Positions 1 to 9,020 of a stretch of 64,000 nt of DNA are shown here, in pieces. Made by a program: the position numbers and the translations under genes. The stretch is taken from the NCBI GenBank assembly GCA_900317295.1, contig ONGB01000003.1, forward strand, positions 12,245 to 76,244, given 5' to 3'. The notes under the pieces are model-generated. The model was not told the DNA's origin. It did no database searches and was given only the letters and a program-made list of their open reading frames with translations. The DNA is from an uncultured Erysipelotrichaceae bacterium (GTDB taxonomy: Bacteria; Bacillota_I; Bacilli_A; RFN20; CAG-826). Within the stretch, counting starts at the first letter, position 1; each line of letters opens with the position of its first letter.

Positions 1-1
1 G

Positions 2-118
2 GACCTCATCTCCCATAGCCTCCAATTGGCCTACGCCAAAGTGAAAGAACTCTTCGGGGAAGAGGCCACCCAGGATTTGGAAGACGAAATCTTCTCCCGT
101 TTCTGCGTAGGGAAATAA
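2..118 (+). CDS. 3' end of upstream CDS (partial; product not identifiable, by Bacillus-type synteny could be metG)
   Basis: Open frame running in from the window edge, ending ...EDEIFSRFCVGK with TAA at 116-118 immediately before the tatD ATG. Confidence 0.3.
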   Translation, partial: DLISHSLQLAYAKVKELFGEEATQDLEDEIFSRFCVGK

Positions 119-904
119 ATGAAATACTTCGATTCGCATTGCCATCTCAATGATTCCGCCTTTGATGGGGACGCCAAGGAGGCGTTTCTCCGCGCGAAAG
201 AGGCGGGGGTTTTGCCGATTATCATCATCGGTTGGGATTTAGAATCCTCCAAAAAGGCCATCGCCATGGCGGAGTCTTTTGGCGAAGGCGTTTATGCGGC
301 GATCGGATATCATCCCGAAAACCTTGAAGGGATCACCGAAGAGGGATTAAGGGAAATCGAAAAGCTCGCTCTTTCTTCCTCTAAGGTCGTCGCGATTGGC
401 GAAATCGGGCTGGATCACCATTGGTTCAAAGACCCCAAAGACCACGAAAACCAAAAAGTTTGGTTCGTTCGCCAAATCGAATTGGCCAACCGCGTGGGGT
501 TGCCCATCTCGATCCACGCCAGAGACGCGATGGGTGATATGCTGCAGATCCTAAAAGAACACCCCGTGGATAAAGGCGGGGTCCTTCATTGCTATTCCGG
601 CTCCGTCGAGACGATGAAAGAATTGCTTAAACTTGGCTTTTATTTCGGTTTCGATGGTCCGATCACTTATAAAAACGCGAAAGAGCCAAAGGCCTGCGTA
701 GCCGAATGCCCCACGGACCGCCTTTTGGTGGAAACCGACTGCCCGTACCTCTCCCCGGTTCCGCTACGTGGAACACGAAACGAGCCGCAAAACATCCCTC
801 ACATCGTAAAGGCCGTCGCGGAACTTAAGGAAACGTCGGAAGAAGCGGTGGCCGCCGCCTTAAAAGAGAATCTTTTTAGATTGTTCCACGTGAAACATGA
901 TTGA
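119..904 (+). CDS. tatD: TatD-family metal-dependent DNase/hydrolase
   Basis: 261-aa ORF; N-terminal FDSHCHL motif and later GEIGLDHHW / HARDA / ETDCPYL motifs typical of TatD (YabD); conserved position before rnmV-rsmA. Confidence 0.85.
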   Translation: MKYFDSHCHLNDSAFDGDAKEAFLRAKEAGVLPIIIIGWDLESSKKAIAMAESFGEGVYAAIGYHPENLEGITEEGLREIEKLALSSSKVVAIGEIGLDHHWFKDPKDHENQKVWFVRQIELANRVGLPISIHARDAMGDMLQILKEHPVDKGGVLHCYSGSVETMKELLKLGFYFGFDGPITYKNAKEPKACVAECPTDRLLVETDCPYLSPVPLRGTRNEPQNIPHIVKAVAELKETSEEAVAAALKENLFRLFHVKHD

Positions 905-1436
905 ACAAAAGTACCCTGATATTATCGTGGTGGAAGGAGCCACAGACGAAGCGCTTCTACGCACGTTTTTAGATGCGGATATCGTTACGACGAACGGCTC
1001 AGATGTTCCACATGAAACCCTTGAATTCTTGAAGGAAGCCAGCAAGGTACGCGGGATCGTCGTCTTAACCGACCCCGATTCCCCCGGGAAAAGGATCCGC
1101 GACCGCATCGCCGAGGAAATCCCCGAGGTCAAACACGCTTTCGTTAGAAAAGAGAAGTCCATCAAACACGGCAAAGTGGGGGTCGCCGAATCTTCTAAAG
1201 AAGAGGTTCTTGAGGCCTTATCCCATGTCATTCCCTCGACTAAGGCGGCAAAAGGGGAATTGACCCATGCCGATTTGGTGGATCTTGGGTTGCTTGGGGA
1301 TGACGGGGCACAAAAGAGGAGAGAAGCGATAGAAAACAAGCTTCATCTAGGCCACGGCAACGCGAAGACCTTCCTTAAACGCGCGAATGCGTTAGGATTA
1401 AATAAAGAAAAGGTTTTGGAGGCAATGAAGGAATGA
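897..1436 (+). CDS. rnmV: ribonuclease M5 (Toprim domain, 5S rRNA maturase)
   Basis: 179-aa ORF, IIVVEGATDE...VVLTDPDSPG Toprim signature; overlaps tatD stop by 8 nt; conserved tatD-rnmV-ksgA order. Confidence 0.8.
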   Translation: MIEQKYPDIIVVEGATDEALLRTFLDADIVTTNGSDVPHETLEFLKEASKVRGIVVLTDPDSPGKRIRDRIAEEIPEVKHAFVRKEKSIKHGKVGVAESSKEEVLEALSHVIPSTKAAKGELTHADLVDLGLLGDDGAQKRREAIENKLHLGHGNAKTFLKRANALGLNKEKVLEAMKE

Positions 1437-2242
1437 AATCCGAAAGCCGTTTTTTTGAAGAAGTTGCCTCGCTAGAAAAACTCGCCAAGAAAGAAGTCGG
1501 GCAGAATTTCCTCATCGACCCCGAGGTGTGCCGCCGCATCGCCGGCCTTTTGGATTGCCAAGAAGGCGAAAAGGGCTTGGAAGTCGGCTTCGGGGCCGGA
1601 TCGCTTTCCTATTTCCTCGCGCAAACCAAAGGCGATTTCGACCTGATCGATATCGATGAGGCGATGCTTGCCCGCGCCGAAGAGGAATTCGAAGGGGCCG
1701 CCAACCTTCATCCCCAATATGGCAACGCCGCCAAATGGGATTATTCCCCTTATGACAAAATCGTGGGGAATCTGCCTTATTACATCACTTCATTGCTTTT
1801 GGAAAAGGCGTTCTTAGGCTCGGAAAAAGCCAAAAAGGCCGTCTTCATGGTCCAAAAGGAATTCGCCGCGCGCATTTTTTCCAAACCCGGGACCAAAGAC
1901 TATGGCCCTTTGACGGTCTTGATGAACATCCGCGGGACCGCGAAAAGGGAATTCCACGTCCCAAGAAGCGCCTTCGCCCCCGCGCCGCACGTCGATTCGG
2001 TCGTCTTTTCGGTCGAATTCGAAAAAGGCCAGGACCTACCCCGCATTTACGAAATCTACCGCTTCGTGAATTCGCTTTTCCTCAACCGCAGGAAAACGAT
2101 CCTTAATAACCTGAAATCGATGGTCCGCGACGGCGAAAAAGCCAAGACCATCCTAAAAGAAGCCGACATTTTGCCCTCCGCCAGGCCAGAAGAGCTCACC
2201 CCGGAGGATTATTGTTCCCTTTACGCCCTATGCAAGGATTAG
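1433..2242 (+). CDS. rsmA: 16S rRNA (adenine1518/1519-N6)-dimethyltransferase
   Basis: 269-aa ORF; GQNFLIDPEV start motif and SAM-MTase fold motifs (EVGFGAGSLS, GNLPYYITS); ATGA overlap with rnmV. Confidence 0.85.
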   Translation: MKSESRFFEEVASLEKLAKKEVGQNFLIDPEVCRRIAGLLDCQEGEKGLEVGFGAGSLSYFLAQTKGDFDLIDIDEAMLARAEEEFEGAANLHPQYGNAAKWDYSPYDKIVGNLPYYITSLLLEKAFLGSEKAKKAVFMVQKEFAARIFSKPGTKDYGPLTVLMNIRGTAKREFHVPRSAFAPAPHVDSVVFSVEFEKGQDLPRIYEIYRFVNSLFLNRRKTILNNLKSMVRDGEKAKTILKEADILPSARPEELTPEDYCSLYALCKD

Positions 2243-2259
2243 AATAAAGCCGCTCCACC

Positions 2260-3099
2260 ATGAACGTTAAAAGTTGCGCGAAGATCAACCTCGCCTTACA
2301 GATCACCGGGAAACGGGAAGATGGCTACCACACCCTCCGGATGATCAACCTCCCCTTGGACCTCCACGACGTGATCGAAATCACCCCGCTTTCGGGAACG
2401 GATTCCTATATCACCTGCGATGATATCCGCCTGATGGGCCTAAGGGCCAATCTTTGCACGCGCGCTTTGCAGGCGCTCCGCGACCGCTGCGGATTCAAGG
2501 AGAATTTCCGCATCCACATCCATAAGGAAATCCCTTTCGCCGCCGGGTTAGGCGGAGGGTCGAGCAACGCCGCCGCGGTTTTGCTCGCACTCAATTCGAT
2601 GCTCAAGCTGAAACTCAGCAAAGAAGAGCTCGCCGAAATCGGTTTGACCCTAGGGTCTGACGTGCCCTTCTTCCTCGACCCCAAACCGAGCGTTTTGGAA
2701 GGAATCGGAGAAAAAATCACCCCGATTTCCGTCAAAAAGAAATACATCTGCCTCCTCGTGAAGCCCGATGAGGGCCTATCGACGAAAGACGTCTACGCCG
2801 CCTGCGACAACGCTCCGCGGGAAAAGATTAATATCGACGCGGTGATTCAAGCCCTCGCCGACGGGGATGACAAAGCCATCGCGATGAACCGCGGGAACGA
2901 CCTCTATCCCCCCGCGAAGGAATTGCTCCCCTTGATCGGGAGACTCGCCGAAGAGCTGGCCTTCGCCTTCCCGATCTCCGGGATGACGGGGTCGGGGTCT
3001 TGCCTCTTCGCCCTCACCACCGACCTCAAAAAGGCGAAAGAGGCGGAAAAACATTATGAAAAAGCCGGATACATCACCCGGTTGACCCATGTTCTATAA
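2260..3099 (+). CDS. ispE: 4-diphosphocytidyl-2-C-methyl-D-erythritol kinase
   Basis: 279-aa ORF; AKINLALQITGKREDGYH and PFAAGLGGGSSNAAAVLLALN GHMP-kinase motifs. Confidence 0.85.
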   Translation: MNVKSCAKINLALQITGKREDGYHTLRMINLPLDLHDVIEITPLSGTDSYITCDDIRLMGLRANLCTRALQALRDRCGFKENFRIHIHKEIPFAAGLGGGSSNAAAVLLALNSMLKLKLSKEELAEIGLTLGSDVPFFLDPKPSVLEGIGEKITPISVKKKYICLLVKPDEGLSTKDVYAACDNAPREKINIDAVIQALADGDDKAIAMNRGNDLYPPAKELLPLIGRLAEELAFAFPISGMTGSGSCLFALTTDLKKAKEAEKHYEKAGYITRLTHVL

Positions 3100-3110
3100 G
3101 GAGGAAATCT

Positions 3111-4085
3111 ATGGGACGCTATGCCGTAATTCTCGCCGCGGGCAAAGGAACCCGCATGAAAAGCAAAAGGGATGACATTTCCAAGGTCTCTTTCCCGGTT
3201 TTGGGAAGGCCGATGGTCCGCTATGTGCTCGAAGCCCTCAAACCGCTAGGTTTAGAAAAGATCGTCACCGTCGTCGGCTTCGGCGGCGAAATGACCAAAA
3301 GCCTCGTCGAGGATTCTTCGGAAGTCGTTTGGCAAAAAGAACAGAAAGGCACCGGCCACGCCGTGATGATGGCCGCCCCAAACCTCGAGATGGAAGACGG
3401 GGAAACGATCATCTGCTGCGGCGACACCCCGTTATTGACCGATAAGACCCTGGAAGCCCTCTTCAATTCCCACGAAGCCAATCACAACGACCTCACCATC
3501 CTCACCGCGGAAGTCGATAACCCCTATGGTTATGGTCGCATCGTGAAGAAAGACGGCAACGTCCTCCGCATCGTCGAGCAGAAGGACTGCTCCCCCGATG
3601 AGGCGGCGATTCACGAGATCAACGCGGGGGTCTACATCTTCGATAACAAAGAGCTCTTCCGCGACTTGAAGGAACTCAAGCCCAACAACGCCCAAGGCGA
3701 ATACTATCTCACCGATGTCATCGCGATGTTCGTCTCCGCGGGGAAGCGCGTGAAAACCTTCTCCGTCGCCGATGTCAACGAGACGATGGGGGTCAATGAC
3801 CGCTACCAGCTTTCCAAGGCCGCGAAGATCATTCGCGCCCGCATCAACAAGAAATGGATGCTCTCCGGCGTCTCCATCGAAGACCCCGACACCACCTATA
3901 TCGGCCCGGATGCCGAAATCGGGCAAGACACCACGATCCGCCCCAATAGCCACATCCTTGGCCACGCGAAAGTGGGGCAGGGCTGCGTCATCGGGCCCGA
4001 CGCCTATGTCGAAGACGTCGAGATCGAAGACGGGGAAGTCATCGAATTCGGCTATATCCGTCCCGAAGACGAAGACGAGGATTAA
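3111..4085 (+). CDS. GlmU-like sugar-1-phosphate nucleotidyltransferase with truncated left-handed beta-helix domain
   Basis: 324-aa ORF with GGAGG RBS; N-terminus MGRYAVILAAGKGTRMKS matches the GlmU uridyltransferase G-loop; only about 80 aa of hexapeptide repeats follow, then an acidic EDEDED tail (GlmU is normally about 450 aa). Confidence 0.7.
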   Translation: MGRYAVILAAGKGTRMKSKRDDISKVSFPVLGRPMVRYVLEALKPLGLEKIVTVVGFGGEMTKSLVEDSSEVVWQKEQKGTGHAVMMAAPNLEMEDGETIICCGDTPLLTDKTLEALFNSHEANHNDLTILTAEVDNPYGYGRIVKKDGNVLRIVEQKDCSPDEAAIHEINAGVYIFDNKELFRDLKELKPNNAQGEYYLTDVIAMFVSAGKRVKTFSVADVNETMGVNDRYQLSKAAKIIRARINKKWMLSGVSIEDPDTTYIGPDAEIGQDTTIRPNSHILGHAKVGQGCVIGPDAYVEDVEIEDGEVIEFGYIRPEDEDED

Positions 4086-4103
4086 ACCCAAAACAAACGA
4101 AAG

Positions 4104-4127
4104 GCCTAGGAAAACCTAGGCTTTTTT
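4104..4127. terminator. bidirectional intrinsic terminator (GCCTAGG-AAAA-CCTAGGC + T-run) shared by glmU-like (+) and ppdK (-)
   Basis: Perfect 7-bp palindromic stem and T6 on + strand; T-rich tract also follows on the - strand. Confidence 0.7.
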
Positions 4128-4186
4128 CGTGTGAAGAGCAAAAGAAAACGCGCCCAGAAGAACTGGACGCGTTTCCGAGAAACGGC

Positions 4187-6841
4187 TTATTTCGCTTCCT
4201 TCTCGTGGAGGATGCTCGCTTGGGCCGCGGCAAGGCGGGCAAGCGGGACGCGGAAGGGCGAGCAAGAGACGTAGTCGAGACCGACTTCATCATAGAACAT
4301 GATGGAGGCGGGGTCGCCACCGGTCTCGCCGCAGACACCGATGAGGAGGTCCGGGCGGGCGGCGCGGCCGCGCTCGACAGCGATGCGAACGAGTTCGCCG
4401 ACGCCATCGACGTCGATGGTCTGGAACGGATCGAATTCGTAGATCTTCGCGTTGTAGTAGTACGGCAAGAACTGGCCGGAGTCATCACGGGAGAAGCCCA
4501 TGGTGAGCTGGGTGAGGTCGTTGGTGCCGAAGCTGAAGAACTCAGCGTCTTTGGCCAACTTGCCAGCCTGGAGGGCGCCTCTCGGGACCTCGATCATCGT
4601 ACCGACGTGGTAGACGAGCTTCTTGCCCTGCTTCTTGAGTTCGTCTTCGACGGTGTCGACGACGACCTTCTTAGCGAAGAGGTATTCTTTGCTCTCGCCG
4701 GCGAGCGGGATCATGATCTCGGGTTCGACGTCATGGCCGAGCTCTTTGGATGCCTTGATGGCGGCCTGGATGATGGCGCGGGCCAACATCGCATAGATTT
4801 CCGGATAAGCAACGCAGAGGCGGACGCCACGGAAGCCCATCATCGGGTTGGCCTGCTGGAGCTGGCCGATGCGATCGATGACCTTCTGTTCGGGGACGCC
4901 GAGCTTCGAGGCGAGGGCCTTGATGTTCTCTTTGTCGCCGATTTCCGGGAGGAATTCGTGTAGAGGCGGGTCGAGGAGGCGGATGTTAACCATCGAATCC
5001 GGGTTGGCGATGTACATATCGTAGAAGTCGCCAGCGAGGAACGGACGGATGCGCTCCAAGGCAGCTTCGCGCTGTTCGGTGGTATCAGAGAGAATCATCG
5101 AACGCATATTGAGGATGCGATCCTCGGCGAAGAACATACGCTCAGTGCGGCAGAGGCCGATGCCTTCGGCGCCGAAGCGGCGGGCATTGTGGGCATCTTC
5201 CGGCGTGTTGCAGTTCGCGCGGACTTTGAGACGGCGATACTTGTCGGCCCAATCCATAAGACGGCCGAAGTCACCACCCAAGTCGGCGGGGACCATCTTG
5301 ATTTCGCCTTCGTAGACGAGACCGGTGGAGCCGTTGACGGAGAGGACATCGCCTTCGTGGAAGACGCGATCGCCGACCTTGACGGTCTTGGCTTCTTCGT
5401 TAACGACGATTTCGGTGGCGCCGGCGACGCAGCACTTACCCATGGAGCGGGCGACGACGGCGGCGTGGGAAGTCATACCGCCGCGAGCGGTGAGAATGGC
5501 TTCGGAGTTGACCATGCCGATGATGTCCTCAGGAGAGGTTTCGGCGCGGACCAAGACGACTTTCTTGCCGGCATCATGCCAGGCTTTGCATTCTTCGGCG
5601 GTGAAGACGATCTGACCGGTGCCAGCGCCCGGGGAGGCGGGGAGACCGTGGATAACAGGTTCGTGCTTCTTGAGATCGGCGTCGTCGAAGGTCGGGTGGA
5701 GCAGGTCGTTGAGCTGCTTCGGCTCGACGCGGCAGACGGCGGTCTTTTCGTCGATGAGGCCTTCATCAACGAGGTCGCAGGCGATCTTCAAAGCGGCGCG
5801 AGCGGTGCGCTTGCCGTTGCGGGCCTGCAAGAAGTAGAGGGTGCCGCGTTCGATGGTGTATTCCATATCCTGCATATCGTGGAAATAGTTTTCCATGCGG
5901 GTGATGGTGGCCATGAACTCTTTGTAGACCTCGGGCATGCGGCGCGCGAGCTCATCGATGTGCAGCGGGGTGCGGACGCCAGCGACGACGTCTTCGCCCT
6001 GCGCGTTGGGAAGGAATTCGGCGTAGATCTTCTTTTCGCCGGTCGAGGGCGAGCGGGAGAAGGCGACGCCAGTGCCGGAATCTTCGCCCATGTTGCCGAA
6101 GACCATCGACTGGACGTTGACGGCGGTGCCCCATTCGTAGGGGATGCCGTTCATTTGACGATAGACGTTGGCGCGGGGGTTGTCCCAGCTGCGGAAGACG
6201 GCCGCGACGGCCTCTTTGAGCTGAACATACGGATCCTGCGGGAATTCCTCGCCAAAGACCTTCTTGTAGTATTCCTTGTAGGCTTTGACGAGCTCTTTGA
6301 GCTCTTCGGTCTTGACTTCGGTGTCAAGCTTGTAGCCCTTCTTTTCCTTGAGTTCGTCGAGCATCTTGTCCATCTCGGTGCGCGGATGGCCTTTGGCGAT
6401 GTTCGTGAACATCAAGCAGAAGCGGCGATAGGAGTCCCAAGCGAACCTCTCATTGCCGGAAGCTTCGGCGAGTTCCAAGACGGTCTTGTCGTTGGTGCCG
6501 AGGTTGAGGATGGTGTCCATCATGCCCGGCATGGACGTGCGGGCGCCGGAACGGACGGAGACGAGCAAGGGCATGCCGCTGCCGCCGCCGAATTTCTTGC
6601 CATTCAGTTTTTCGATTTCGTGGACGTGGGCCACGATGTCCTCCCAAACGAAATCGGGGATGGCTTTCCCGGATTCGTAGTAGAGCGTGCAGGCTTCAGT
6701 GGAGATGGTGAAACCGGCGGGGATGTTAACCCCGGCGGCGGTCATCTCGGCCAGACCGAAGCCCTTTCCGCCAAGGATTTCCTTGCCGAGTTTGAGCTCG
6801 TGGGCTTCCTTGAAGGAGTAGACGTACTTCTTATCTGCCAT
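4187..6841 (-). CDS. ppdK: pyruvate, phosphate dikinase
   Basis: 884-aa ORF, MADKKYVYSF...GGKGFGLAEM, central phosphohistidine region (GGMTSHAAVVARSMGKCCV) and C-terminal PEP-utilizing domain; GGAGGAAAAAATG RBS. Confidence 0.9.
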   Translation of the reverse strand: MADKKYVYSFKEAHELKLGKEILGGKGFGLAEMTAAGVNIPAGFTISTEACTLYYESGKAIPDFVWEDIVAHVHEIEKLNGKKFGGGSGMPLLVSVRSGARTSMPGMMDTILNLGTNDKTVLELAEASGNERFAWDSYRRFCLMFTNIAKGHPRTEMDKMLDELKEKKGYKLDTEVKTEELKELVKAYKEYYKKVFGEEFPQDPYVQLKEAVAAVFRSWDNPRANVYRQMNGIPYEWGTAVNVQSMVFGNMGEDSGTGVAFSRSPSTGEKKIYAEFLPNAQGEDVVAGVRTPLHIDELARRMPEVYKEFMATITRMENYFHDMQDMEYTIERGTLYFLQARNGKRTARAALKIACDLVDEGLIDEKTAVCRVEPKQLNDLLHPTFDDADLKKHEPVIHGLPASPGAGTGQIVFTAEECKAWHDAGKKVVLVRAETSPEDIIGMVNSEAILTARGGMTSHAAVVARSMGKCCVAGATEIVVNEEAKTVKVGDRVFHEGDVLSVNGSTGLVYEGEIKMVPADLGGDFGRLMDWADKYRRLKVRANCNTPEDAHNARRFGAEGIGLCRTERMFFAEDRILNMRSMILSDTTEQREAALERIRPFLAGDFYDMYIANPDSMVNIRLLDPPLHEFLPEIGDKENIKALASKLGVPEQKVIDRIGQLQQANPMMGFRGVRLCVAYPEIYAMLARAIIQAAIKASKELGHDVEPEIMIPLAGESKEYLFAKKVVVDTVEDELKKQGKKLVYHVGTMIEVPRGALQAGKLAKDAEFFSFGTNDLTQLTMGFSRDDSGQFLPYYYNAKIYEFDPFQTIDVDGVGELVRIAVERGRAARPDLLIGVCGETGGDPASIMFYDEVGLDYVSCSPFRVPLARLAAAQASILHEKEAK

Positions 6842-6967
6842 TTTTTCCTCCTAATGACATATGTGGGGCATTACCCCGACGTCGATAATGATAACACAGC
6901 CACCCTTGTTCTTAGAACAAGAAAGAGAAAAAAGAAGTGAAAAGGGATTATTGGTAAGGCAAAAGCC

Positions 6968-8251
6968 TTATTTAAGGATGTATTCGACGGCTTCTAGCGT
7001 GGTGGAGAAGGTGGCTTCAGGCACGGCGTCCGCGCACTTTTTCGCTGGACGGGGATCCCCGCAGGTGACGAGGAGGGGGTGCGCCCCGGCGTTGATCCCG
7101 GTTTGCACGTCTTGGAGGGTATCGCCGATGAAATACGATTTCGTTAGGTCGATGTTGAAGGCGGCTTTGGCCTTTTCTAGCATCCCGGTCTTCGGCTTTC
7201 GGCAGGAACAGGAAATCAAATAAGCATCATCGCCCTTCCCGTGGAAATGTTCTTTCGGGAAATGCGGACAGACATACAAAGCGTCCAAATACGCGCCTTC
7301 CGCCCCGAGCAACTTGCCCATATAGGCATGAATATCGTTGACCTGGGCTAGACTCGCTTCCCCGCGGGCAACGAGGGGTTGGTTGGTGGCACAGATGCAA
7401 AGATAGGGGGATTCATTGATTTTCTTAACGGCTTCCGAGGCGAAAGGGAGCAGGGTCAGCATCTCTGGGCGGACGACATAGTCGCCGAAAACATTGATGG
7501 TCCCATCGCGATCCAAAAAGATGGCCCGTTGAGGGTTCTTGAGGTTGCGGGCCTCCATGCGGCCGGAAAGATAGTCTTTTTCCGCGGGGATTAGGCCCTC
7601 GTCATCCAAACGATGGACGATTTCTGGGGAAGAGTAGTAGCAGGCGAGGCCCGATTCGACGGTCGGGAGCAACACCCCGTCATGGAACGGGAAGGCCTCT
7701 TCTTCCTCAGGGTCGAAGGTTTCGGATAGGTCAGAAGACACGAAGCATAGATCAAGTGGCACGAGGTTTTGATAATTAAAGTCCGCGCGCCCATCCGCGC
7801 CTTTGGGCATGATGGCGGAGACGTGTTTCCCATCCGGGGAGAGCGCGATGTCTTCCGCTTCCGGATAAGGCTTTGGCTGTGCGAAAAGCGTTAAGAAGCC
7901 ATCGCCTTTGTTATGAGCTTTATAGAAGCGCGAAAAATCAAGGCACGGGAGCAGGTTGCCCGGGACGAACAAAAACCCTCCCAAAGATGCGGCGACTTTG
8001 GCGAGGGAGCCTCCACCTCCTAGGGGCTTCTTGAGATAGACGTATCTGATTTGCTTTCCTTCGGGAAACGAACTCTTATCCGCCCCTTTTGGAAGCAAAA
8101 CGACAATCTCGTCTGCCCCACCATACAAAAGCAGAGAGATTTGGGCCTCCAAAAGCGTTTTCCCTGCGAAAGAAGCGAGGGCGGAGGTTTGCCCATAACC
8201 CGGGGTTTTAAAATCGGGAGAATAGGCAGCGTGATCTAGAAGGATTTTCAT
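6968..8251 (-). CDS. bifunctional-type protein: sugar-phosphate nucleotidyltransferase-like domain fused to D,D-heptose-1,7-bisphosphate phosphatase (GmhB-like HAD-IIIA) domain
   Basis: C-terminal half has FLDRDGTIN, CATNQP, CPH..H...CSCRKPKTGM (Zn site) and IGDTLQDVQTGINAGA motifs of GmhB; N-terminal about 230 aa align to the RmlA/HddC NTP-transferase fold (AGKTLLE...DEIVVL, PLGGGGSL, GDGFLTL). Confidence 0.6.
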   Translation of the reverse strand: MKILLDHAAYSPDFKTPGYGQTSALASFAGKTLLEAQISLLLYGGADEIVVLLPKGADKSSFPEGKQIRYVYLKKPLGGGGSLAKVAASLGGFLFVPGNLLPCLDFSRFYKAHNKGDGFLTLFAQPKPYPEAEDIALSPDGKHVSAIMPKGADGRADFNYQNLVPLDLCFVSSDLSETFDPEEEEAFPFHDGVLLPTVESGLACYYSSPEIVHRLDDEGLIPAEKDYLSGRMEARNLKNPQRAIFLDRDGTINVFGDYVVRPEMLTLLPFASEAVKKINESPYLCICATNQPLVARGEASLAQVNDIHAYMGKLLGAEGAYLDALYVCPHFPKEHFHGKGDDAYLISCSCRKPKTGMLEKAKAAFNIDLTKSYFIGDTLQDVQTGINAGAHPLLVTCGDPRPAKKCADAVPEATFSTTLEAVEYILK

Positions 8252-8335
8252 ATTATGACTCGCCTATTATCCCAAAAAGAGCGGGGCCATTCATCTGTTT
8301 TCAAAAGAAAGGCCCGCTTTTTCGCGGGCCGTTCG

Positions 8336-8920
8336 TTATTTCTTCGTGAAGAGTTGTTCTAGAGAATCCGATGCGATGACGAGACCGTTTTTCTCGATGG
8401 CCGCCATGGCGGAGCAATAGAAGATCGCGGCGAGGATCAGCGCCAACTGATGGGGATCGCCATCGACGAACACGCCCTTTTTCTGCGATTCGATGATCGC
8501 GGATTCATAGGTGAGAATCGGATCGAAGCGGACGCGGATATCCGTATTTGCGCGGTCGATGGTGCGGGCTTCGCGGGCACGGATGACGACTTGGATAATC
8601 AACATCGTGCGCTGATCGGCGGTCTCAATGTCTTTGATTATCTTGCCAAAAGCCTTGGGGAAATTCTCGGCGACGGCCGCTTTGTCTTGGGCGAAAAGGG
8701 CCAGCGGAAGGATGATTTCGTTATACAAAGCGCGGAACACGTCTTCTTTAGAATCAAAATAATGATAGAAAAGACCATGGGAGCATCGGGCTTGGTTGGT
8801 AATGGAGTCGACAGAGACCTCGTCATAGCCAAGGCGGGCAAAGACCTTAATGGCGGCTTCCAAAAGCTTACCGCGGCGGCGGTCTTTGATCGCTTGGTTT
8901 TGCGCGGGGGTGCGAGGCAT
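8336..8920 (-). CDS. TetR/AcrR-family transcriptional regulator
   Basis: Start assigned to MPRTPAQ (GGAG 8 nt upstream) rather than the longer ORF; HTH region VSVDSITNQARCSHGLFYHYFDSKEDV is the TetR signature. Confidence 0.7.
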   Translation of the reverse strand: MPRTPAQNQAIKDRRRGKLLEAAIKVFARLGYDEVSVDSITNQARCSHGLFYHYFDSKEDVFRALYNEIILPLALFAQDKAAVAENFPKAFGKIIKDIETADQRTMLIIQVVIRAREARTIDRANTDIRVRFDPILTYESAIIESQKKGVFVDGDPHQLALILAAIFYCSAMAAIEKNGLVIASDSLEQLFTKK

Positions 8921-9020
8921 AGAAAATACTCCTATTTCTTGTGTACCATTATTGTTTCTTCTAGACCTTTTTTCGTCAATAGAAAAGCGCCGGGAAATTA
9001 TTTTTACGCGTGCTAACGGC

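Noticed and set aside
5189-6940. 583-aa plus-strand ORF antisense to ppdK (and similar long antisense ORFs 16419-18266 opposite ftsH, 59848-61683 opposite nrdD, 22904-24052 opposite the ABC gene)
   Set aside because: These are frame-shadow ORFs of strongly supported genes on the other strand, with Gly/Asp/Val-rich low-complexity composition and no motifs.
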